Position numbers and translations under genes: made by a program. DNA of 64,000 nucleotides from a virus: the IMG/VR virus record IMGVR_UViG_3300002835_000024, one strand, 5' to 3'. The notes under the pieces are model-generated. The model was not told the origin of the DNA and searched no databases. It worked only from the letters and a program-made list of their open reading frames with translations. Below are positions 56,863 through 64,000 of this stretch, piece by piece; position 1 is the stretch's first letter, and each line of letters opens with the position of its first letter.

Positions 56863-58788
56863 ATGGTAGATCAAAGATTTAAAGCGGATAAAGGTTTACA
56901 AGTTGCTGGCGGCAACACCGAATTAACGACCAATACCTTCATCAACGCTAATCTACAAGTAAATTCAATCGCCTCGTTTGTGGCAAACGTTTCTATAAAC
57001 GCTACGGCTGAGATGAACGGAAATCTTGTTCCTGCCTCAGGCGGAAGTTTATCTGTTGGAGAAACGTCAAAACGTGTATCATTGTTTGTGTCTCAGTTCT
57101 CTTATGCAAACGCCACACAACCCTCTCTTCCTGTCACCGCAAATAATTCAGATACGGTTTTCGGATTAGACGCTTCCAACACTGGCATAATTGTAAAAAC
57201 TGGAGACAAAACAGGAACAGTAAGATCTGTTGTCGGAGGAAACACCGTTTCTATTACCAATGGAACAGGTGTTGGTGGTAATATGACAATATCAGCTGTT
57301 CTTAATACAGGATTGTCGTCAAATAGTTCTGGCATTTTCGTTAACGCCTCTTCAATTAACTCTGGAGTAGCTCCTATTTCTGTTGGTGGAACAGGTGCTA
57401 GTAGCTCAATGGCAGCTATTTTAAATCTTTTGCCAAGTATAGTAGGAAATGCTGGTAGATATTTAAGGGCTGAGACAGGAACTCTTGTTTGGGATTCCGG
57501 AGTCGGAACTGGATTTGTAGGATCTCAAGGTTTTGTCGGTAGTGTTGGATTCACAGGTTCTCAGGGTGTTGGATTTACTGGATCTCAGGGCATTACTGGT
57601 CTTACAGGCTCCCAAGGTATTCAAGGCGTTGGATTTACTGGATCCCAAGGTATCCAAGGTGTTGGTCTAACAGGTTCTCAGGGTATTACTGGTTTTACAG
57701 GCTCCCAAGGTATTCAAGGAATTGGTCTTACAGGCTCCCAAGGTATTCAAGGAATTGGTCTAACGGGATCTAGAGGAGACATCGGACTCACTGGATCTCA
57801 GGGTATTCAAGGCATAGGATTTACAGGATCCCAAGGTATTCAAGGAATCGGGCTCACTGGATCTCAAGGTATTCAAGGCGTTGGATTTACTGGATCTCAG
57901 GGTTTGACAGGAGTGGGATTTACTGGATCTATAGGATTTACTGGTTCAATTGGTCTTACAGGTTCTCAGGGTATTCAAGGAATCGGTCTTACGGGCTCCC
58001 AAGGTATCCAAGGTGTTGGATTTACTGGATCTAAAGGCGATATTGGTTTAACTGGATCTCAAGGTATCCAAGGTGTTGGATTTACTGGATCAATCGGATT
58101 TACTGGATCTGCTGGAGGATTTACAACAAATTCCAACGCTCAGGTAAATTCCCTTGGGGTCGGAACTGCTCCGAATAACACAACTGGTGAAATTTTAGCT
58201 AAACTGCTTAGAGACTCAGATAATACTGCATACTATTGCGATCCAGCAAGTTTCAGCGTGTTTAATTCTTTGACTATTGGTGGCGATACTGACATATATC
58301 TTTATGAAGACCCAACAAATGCTCTTACAATTAGACATGGTACTGTTGGTTCTTACAAATACACCAGATTTGAAGCTGGAGGTGGACTGTCTGTAAATAA
58401 TGGTGGTCTTGGAGTAGGAACGGCTGCATCAGGAACCTCCGGAGAAATACGCGCCACAGACAACGTTACTGCTTATTATTCTTCTGATAAGCGTCTGAAA
58501 GAAAATATTCAAACCATTGAAGATGCTCTGCAAAAAATAAAAAGAATAGATGGAGTAACTTTTGATTGGAATGATGAATACATAGAAAATGCTGGCGGAG
58601 AAGATGGCTACTTTATTAGAAAAAGAGATGTTGGTGTGATAGCTCAACAGCTTCAGGAAGTTTTACCAGAAGCAGTTGCAGAAAGAAAAGATGGTATTTT
58701 AGCAGTTAAGTATGAAAGGATTGTTCCACTTCTGATTGAGGCGATTAAAGCTCTCAGCGAAGAACTTGAACTGCTTAAACAGAAATAG
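56863..58788 (+). CDS. Collagen-like tail fibre with C-terminal intramolecular chaperone (peptidase S74)
   Basis: G-F/L-T-G-S-Q repeats; SSDKRLKEN, GVTFDW, GVIAQ, V.Y..IVPLLIEAIK. Confidence 0.9.
   Translation: MVDQRFKADKGLQVAGGNTELTTNTFINANLQVNSIASFVANVSINATAEMNGNLVPASGGSLSVGETSKRVSLFVSQFSYANATQPSLPVTANNSDTVFGLDASNTGIIVKTGDKTGTVRSVVGGNTVSITNGTGVGGNMTISAVLNTGLSSNSSGIFVNASSINSGVAPISVGGTGASSSMAAILNLLPSIVGNAGRYLRAETGTLVWDSGVGTGFVGSQGFVGSVGFTGSQGVGFTGSQGITGLTGSQGIQGVGFTGSQGIQGVGLTGSQGITGFTGSQGIQGIGLTGSQGIQGIGLTGSRGDIGLTGSQGIQGIGFTGSQGIQGIGLTGSQGIQGVGFTGSQGLTGVGFTGSIGFTGSIGLTGSQGIQGIGLTGSQGIQGVGFTGSKGDIGLTGSQGIQGVGFTGSIGFTGSAGGFTTNSNAQVNSLGVGTAPNNTTGEILAKLLRDSDNTAYYCDPASFSVFNSLTIGGDTDIYLYEDPTNALTIRHGTVGSYKYTRFEAGGGLSVNNGGLGVGTAASGTSGEIRATDNVTAYYSSDKRLKENIQTIEDALQKIKRIDGVTFDWNDEYIENAGGEDGYFIRKRDVGVIAQQLQEVLPEAVAERKDGILAVKYERIVPLLIEAIKALSEELELLKQK
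57505..58115 (+). repeat. Collagen-like coding repeats (GFTGSQGIQG)
   Basis: Repeated GGATTTACTGGATCTCAAGGTATTCAAGG-like units. Confidence 0.9.
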
Positions 58789-58790
58789 AT

Positions 58791-61700
58791 TTATTTTCTA
58801 GCAAAGTGATAATCGCCCTGAGTTCCAAACTCAACAAAGTTTGGCGTTACTAGAGCAAATCCAATACTGTCAAGATACTCAATAACTTCTTTGTTCATTG
58901 GGGCTCCGATATTATATTCTTTATGCTGTAGCTCTAGTATCAGATGTTGGCAGGATTTTAAAGTTTCCTGAGCTCCTTTGAGAACATCAAGCTCTGCACC
59001 CTGAACATCCATTTTGATCAGATCAGGTTTGGGAAAGTTTTTGTTTTTAACTACTGAGTCTAGAGTTATTGATGTCTTTTCTATTTTGTTCGGGAATAGC
59101 TTATCTGCATCTGGACTATATTCGGTGTTTTCTTTATAGTAACTGTTTCCTCCAGGATGCTCTACGTTTTGATAGAATCCTATTTTCTTACCATCAACAT
59201 CACTGAGTAGCCCAACATGATATGGAATATTTTTTTCTTTATATAAAAATTCTAGCTCATCCATCGCATCAAATGCTATGTATTGAGAGTTTGGCCAAAC
59301 GTGTTTTGCGCAATTTGTCCAATGCAGAACGCAAGCTCCAATATCATAGATAACCTTGGGTTCAACCTTTTTAGATTTCATTTTTACCAGATATTCATAG
59401 TGGGCTTGCAGCATGAGAGGTCTATCACCAAGATCTCTTAGTTTTCTTTTTTGTTCTTCTAATTTAAAATCAATATTAACTTTAAATGTGTGATAACCAA
59501 TATGATCACAGATAATAGAAGTGTCCGCCCAGATTCGGAATCCTTTATTTTTTGCTTGTACGCAAAAATATACATCTTCGCTTACGGTATTTTCAATAGT
59601 TAATGCGCTTTTGTAAACAAAATGTGGGTATGGAATGGATTTAAAAATTTCCCCCTTTATCAGAACGCAACCAAATCCACAACCATCTATCTCAACTAAT
59701 CCCTTTCCTCTAATCTCTTCCCAATTCACATGAGGCATATTACCATATACGTCTTTTCTCATAATTTCAATCGTGTGGGTGCCAGGAATACGCTGAATAT
59801 AAATTCCGCTTACCATATCAACATTGTGATTTAACATTCTAACAAGAGTATCAGGAGCAAAAGTTATATCGCTATCAACGGCAAACAAATAATCATAATT
59901 ACAATTGATAACCCAATTGGCTATTAGATTACGAATTTGATCGATTTGATATCCATAAAAATATTGAAAATCCGCTTCATAACCTTCAGGAATAATCAAA
60001 TCATAAATGCTCTTGAATGTTTGCGCCTCAATATTTTTATTTGTTGGGATAGCAATTAATATTCTTTTTTTAGAATTTAAAGTTTGCATAATAACTTTGT
60101 CCTGTTCGTCTTTATTTACTTTATAATCATTGATGGGGCTGGCGTCATTGTAATTGCAAACAATATCAGAAACAACATATATTTTATGTGGATGACAATT
60201 ATTTATTGCTGTGTAGAATGTAGAAAGATCTCCACCAGCTTTGAACCAGTTTCCTTCTTTATCTTGAAATGCAGAATCTGGAGCCCACTTCAACAAATGC
60301 GCTTTCATCGTTCTCAAATGTGTGTAGGGCACATTCCAATTGAACTTATAGTTTTTGTAATTTTTAGTTTTCTTTATTTCAGGAGGATAAGGTTGGCTGA
60401 CTAAAGGAATGTTATCAACCATACTCCAACAAGATCCATACGTGAAGTCGTTGTCATAATGTATGTGATTATAATATGTGAATATGTCCGGATCATTTGT
60501 TAAACTGTCGTCACCGTCCAACATTACAACTATATCATTGTCGTTTAATTTTCTGATAGATTGGATATGATTGTATGGGGCTCCGTTTCTATTTGAGTTG
60601 ACAATAACCTTAAATTTATCTTTTATATCGTTTGGCAGAGAGTTGATTAGATCCAGTGCGGCTGCAGAACCATTATCAGTGCTGCAGTCATCAATTAGCC
60701 AATGCTCGTAGTTATCGTAATTCTGCGCTGCCACACTTGAAATGCAGCGCTTAATATAAGGCTCGGCGTTATAGAAAGGACTGATAACAACAATACGTTG
60801 TTCGGGTTTAAGTTTGGGGGCTACCCATTCTTCAGGAGTGCTTGTGCGGCGATTAAATATTTCGTGATATTTCGTTTTGGTGTAATTTGCTTCAATGCTT
60901 TCGCCACGGCTTAGATAGAGACCGAGCCTTTTATAGATGTGCTGTTTCCATTCAAGCGCCACAACATTCCAACCAACCAAAGGTTTAATTTCGTCTAATT
61001 TGTTCATTTTTTCTTGACGATCTGGATCGTTATAGGCCTGTACGACCATATCAACAAATTTTTCAGCTTGTGCATTAATATCAATATTAGGATAAACAAC
61101 ATTTGGCGTTGCGGAGTATTCAATCATATAAGCTTGTGGGCTCCCAGTTTCTTCCAGAGCTCCGAATCTACAGCCAATGATGAGAGTGTTTGCATAAAGG
61201 GCTTCTAGTGTGCTTATTCCATAGGTTTCTGGGAAAGCTGTTGGATAGATAAAGAAACTTGCAGCTTTGCACCAAACAGCCACTTCTTTTTGACTGATAA
61301 TCCCAGTAAATGTTATGGTCGGATCTTCCATAAATGGCTCGACCAGTTTCATAAACTCTGATTCTTCAGTATCGTTAGCCACAGCATTTCCGAGTTTATA
61401 ATGTCCTCCAATTACCGCCAGTCTGGCTTTTGGGATTTTTTGTTTGACTCTGGGCCAGACATTTTTGAGCAGAGGTTCTAATCCCTTGCTCATGTTAGCA
61501 TTGAAAATGAACAGATCAGGGTTTTTCTCGACAGTTTTGATGGGGTATCGGGTAATACCATTACGGGTAATCCACATATGATTGCGAAGAACTTCGAAAT
61601 TTCTTGGTTTGCCGTGATTGCAGTTAGTCACATAGTTATAGTGAAAATCGCTTAAAACCCAAATTTCGTCTATAGCCTTTGAAGTAACAAGATCTTCTAA

Positions 61701-63470
61701 AATCTCATCGCCCCAGCAAAACGTATCATGCATCCAAAACACTTTAAGTTTGGCGGCTTCTCTCATTTTTTCAAACTTTTGGAAAGGGATTTTTCTGTTG
61801 GTTGTTTGTTGCCAGTTATACCAAGGTTTGGTGATAAATGGAGTAACAACTCTGCTTGATATCAGAACATCATATGTTTGCTCGTCGTTTCCGATATCTG
61901 AAAGAGGTCTGTATTTTACGTTATCATATACGCCTGGACGATTTCCTTCTTCATCGCAAGCACAATAAACAGTAACATCAAATCCTTGGTGGGCCAATTC
62001 TTTGGCGCTGAGAATCACTGCACTCTCGCTCCCTCCAAGACCTTTGGTCTTTAATGTTTCCCCATCATAACTCATTCCTGTAATATCGATGTAAGCGACG
62101 CGAACTTCTTTTTCTTGTGGTAATCTCTGTGTGTTGCTGGCGGGCTCGGTGACTATAATATCCTCTACGTTTGAGAACCTTTTTCCAAAAGTTTTTCTAA
62201 CTCTATAATTAATCCAATTAACTTTCACCAACTCTTCGTCGGTCATCTGTTTATTGAATTTACGATAAAAATGCTGTTTCCATTGGAGCGCCACAGTATC
62301 CCATGTACTAATGTCTTTAATAGCGTTACACGCATACTGTTTCTGTTGATGAATATATGGGTTTGATACGACTGACAAAACAAGATCAACATATTTGTTG
62401 ATCTGTTCCTCGGTATTGATATTCGGGAACAGTACATTGGGCTCGACTGCATAATCTATAAAATAGCTGGCAGCTTTGGTTCCGCTTTCTTCCATCGCTC
62501 CGAATCGAGTTCCGATAACAGGAGTATTATAATTGATGCTTTCTATTGTGCTGATGCCGGATGTTTCCGGATAGGCTCCAGGAAACAGATTATAGGTTGC
62601 TTGTGCCATAATCTTGGCGATCTCAGGCTGGGGAATAATGCCTGTGAATTCGATTGATGGATCTTTTTCACAGCTTTTTACAAGACCGCGCCATTCTTGC
62701 TGTGCTGGGCTTAGATCTTCATTTCGAAACTTGTAATAACCACCGATGATCTTGAGTTTGGCCTGGGGCAAATGTTGTTTGAGTCTGGGCCAAATACGTG
62801 TTACCAGAGGGATCATGCCCTTGGTAATACTGGCGTTATAGACGAAAAGATTGGGATCTTTTTGTTTGATATCAACCCAATCGATCCACCTGTTGATAGC
62901 GTTTCTTGTGTGGAATATTTTATTTTTAAAAACTTCGTATTGACGTTTTGGGCCATGGGTGCAATTTGTTGTATATGCGATATGCCAATCGCTCAGATTG
63001 AACACTTCATCGACATGATTGTTAACCAGAAGATACTCGAGCAGGTGATCGCCCCAGATAAACGTATCCTGCATCCAGATAATCTTTAACTGTTCTGGTT
63101 TTTGCACCTGAGTGAAGATATCAGGATCATAGTCTCTTGGAGCAGGCTGTCTAACCTGATCATAAAGATGTTTTGGAGTAAACGGAATAACGGTTCTTTG
63201 ACTGATCACAACATCAAAGTTAAATTCTTTCTGGCCGAGCATTGCAATTGGATAATACCGGACTCCATCATAGACTCCAGGTTCTGTCTCGGAAGTATCA
63301 CAGTCATTTAAAACTGTTACCTCGAATCCAATTTTTACTAATTCTCTGGCGATAGAAATAATAGAGCTTTCGCTTCCGCCAATACCTTTTTTCGTTAGAG
63401 TAGAACCATCATAATTAAGTCCAATACAATCAATAATTGCTATTTTTATGTTGTTATTCATTAAACCCAT
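58791..63470 (-). CDS. Five-domain glycosyltransferase: GT4-GT4-GT2-GT2-like-FkbM methyltransferase
   Basis: Two GGSES...ET.GIST.E GT-B units; ISPFYNAE...IDD.STD...LDGDD (GT2); IAIP...VDSD...GFGCVLIK...SEDVYFC; IYDIGA...IKMDVQGAEL.VL.GA (FkbM). Start may be ATG 63461. Confidence 0.9.
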   Translation of the reverse strand: MGLMNNNIKIAIIDCIGLNYDGSTLTKKGIGGSESSIISIARELVKIGFEVTVLNDCDTSETEPGVYDGVRYYPIAMLGQKEFNFDVVISQRTVIPFTPKHLYDQVRQPAPRDYDPDIFTQVQKPEQLKIIWMQDTFIWGDHLLEYLLVNNHVDEVFNLSDWHIAYTTNCTHGPKRQYEVFKNKIFHTRNAINRWIDWVDIKQKDPNLFVYNASITKGMIPLVTRIWPRLKQHLPQAKLKIIGGYYKFRNEDLSPAQQEWRGLVKSCEKDPSIEFTGIIPQPEIAKIMAQATYNLFPGAYPETSGISTIESINYNTPVIGTRFGAMEESGTKAASYFIDYAVEPNVLFPNINTEEQINKYVDLVLSVVSNPYIHQQKQYACNAIKDISTWDTVALQWKQHFYRKFNKQMTDEELVKVNWINYRVRKTFGKRFSNVEDIIVTEPASNTQRLPQEKEVRVAYIDITGMSYDGETLKTKGLGGSESAVILSAKELAHQGFDVTVYCACDEEGNRPGVYDNVKYRPLSDIGNDEQTYDVLISSRVVTPFITKPWYNWQQTTNRKIPFQKFEKMREAAKLKVFWMHDTFCWGDEILEDLVTSKAIDEIWVLSDFHYNYVTNCNHGKPRNFEVLRNHMWITRNGITRYPIKTVEKNPDLFIFNANMSKGLEPLLKNVWPRVKQKIPKARLAVIGGHYKLGNAVANDTEESEFMKLVEPFMEDPTITFTGIISQKEVAVWCKAASFFIYPTAFPETYGISTLEALYANTLIIGCRFGALEETGSPQAYMIEYSATPNVVYPNIDINAQAEKFVDMVVQAYNDPDRQEKMNKLDEIKPLVGWNVVALEWKQHIYKRLGLYLSRGESIEANYTKTKYHEIFNRRTSTPEEWVAPKLKPEQRIVVISPFYNAEPYIKRCISSVAAQNYDNYEHWLIDDCSTDNGSAAALDLINSLPNDIKDKFKVIVNSNRNGAPYNHIQSIRKLNDNDIVVMLDGDDSLTNDPDIFTYYNHIHYDNDFTYGSCWSMVDNIPLVSQPYPPEIKKTKNYKNYKFNWNVPYTHLRTMKAHLLKWAPDSAFQDKEGNWFKAGGDLSTFYTAINNCHPHKIYVVSDIVCNYNDASPINDYKVNKDEQDKVIMQTLNSKKRILIAIPTNKNIEAQTFKSIYDLIIPEGYEADFQYFYGYQIDQIRNLIANWVINCNYDYLFAVDSDITFAPDTLVRMLNHNVDMVSGIYIQRIPGTHTIEIMRKDVYGNMPHVNWEEIRGKGLVEIDGCGFGCVLIKGEIFKSIPYPHFVYKSALTIENTVSEDVYFCVQAKNKGFRIWADTSIICDHIGYHTFKVNIDFKLEEQKRKLRDLGDRPLMLQAHYEYLVKMKSKKVEPKVIYDIGACVLHWTNCAKHVWPNSQYIAFDAMDELEFLYKEKNIPYHVGLLSDVDGKKIGFYQNVEHPGGNSYYKENTEYSPDADKLFPNKIEKTSITLDSVVKNKNFPKPDLIKMDVQGAELDVLKGAQETLKSCQHLILELQHKEYNIGAPMNKEVIEYLDSIGFALVTPNFVEFGTQGDYHFARK

Positions 63471-63472
63471 CC

Positions 63473-63545
63473 TATAAATAGAGCAAGAACTATTATTTAT
63501 TGACGCAAAGTAGCAAAGTTTGGCGTGTCGCTCTTTAATAAATAA
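63473..63545. promoter_or_regulatory. Divergent late promoters
   Basis: TATAAATA (+63473), AATAAATA (-63494-63501, facing the GT) and AATAAATA (+63538). Confidence 0.6.
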
Positions 63546-63569
63546 GAAAAAACTTGGAGGTTGAGAATA

Positions 63570-63899
63570 ATGGCGATTAAAGCAAATTTAGTCATCGATC
63601 AGGGATCAGATTTTATACAGGATTTACAGGTGACCCATGCAAACAGCGCTTCAATCAATCTAAGCGGTTATACTGGCTCTGCTATGCTCAGAAAAACATA
63701 TACTTCTGAAGCACAAAAAACGTTTACTGTGACTACAAATCAAAATGGAATTGTTCAACTGCGACTTAATTCTGCAAACACTGAAAGTTTACAGCCAGGG
63801 CAGTATGTTTGGGATTGCGAGCTAACTGAAATTAATAGTGGGATCGTCACGAGAATAGTAGAAGGAATTGTTACTGTAACTCCATCTGTTACTCGCTAA
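63570..63899 (+). CDS. Small virion structural protein
   Basis: NL.IDQG.DF, L.GY....LRK, L....T..L..G.Y..D......RI.EG.VTV.P.VTR. Confidence 0.75.
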   Translation: MAIKANLVIDQGSDFIQDLQVTHANSASINLSGYTGSAMLRKTYTSEAQKTFTVTTNQNGIVQLRLNSANTESLQPGQYVWDCELTEINSGIVTRIVEGIVTVTPSVTR

Positions 63900-63910
63900 G
63901 GAATATTTAA

Positions 63911-64000
63911 ATGCCACCTCCAATTCAAGTTATACTATATCCTAATACAGCGATTAATGTAGAGTTTGTACAAAACACACCATTCAAAGTTAAGTTAAAA
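63911..64000 (+). CDS. Partial ORF (truncated by window end)
   Basis: AAGGA RBS, ATG, open to the end of the window. Confidence 0.5.
   Translation, partial: MPPPIQVILYPNTAINVEFVQNTPFKVKLK

Noticed and set aside
57505-58115. Repeat arrays as possible CRISPR arrays (also 10735-11275)
   Set aside because: In-frame degenerate coding repeats without unique spacers. The only Cas-like gene is a generic Cas4-like exonuclease.
1-64000. Stop-codon reassignment
   Set aside because: Conserved genes are full length under the standard code, and TAA, TAG and TGA all end genes.

Overview
A 64-kb, AT-rich, densely coding segment of a T4-like myophage genome. The host is probably an alphaproteobacterium, inferred from a circularly permuted two-piece tmRNA with an ANDN...LAA tag and a Caulobacter/Sphingomonad-style TonB-dependent receptor. 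Left part: small late proteins, a lysis-like cassette (spanin pair, 3-TM protein, TM-PAS protein), primase gp61, thymidylate synthase, class II (B12) ribonucleotide reductase, auxiliary genes (SpeD, glutaredoxin, GT4, PhoH, DUF932), RNase H, M15 endolysin, an ADP-ribosyltransferase flanked by two RNA loci, the TonB receptor, and gp33/gp59/gp32. Right part: the T4-like baseplate and tail module (gp29-like, gp51/gp26, gp54, gp2, gp4, gp48, gp53, hub, gp5, gp25, gp6, gp7, gp8, VrlC-like, fibres). It ends in a collagen-like fibre converging on a 1559-aa five-domain glycosyltransferase-methyltransferase. Leading hypotheses: (1) a phage-encoded virion glycosylation system acting on Asn/Ser/Thr-rich tail proteins; (2) a dispersed family of capsid-targeted internal proteins, including the ADP-ribosyltransferase; (3) a permuted tmRNA plus an unannotated tRNA-like RNA; (4) a -1 frameshift fusing gp26 to gp51; (5) a PAS-sensor holin candidate. 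All assignments come from reading motifs by eye; no database searches were run.
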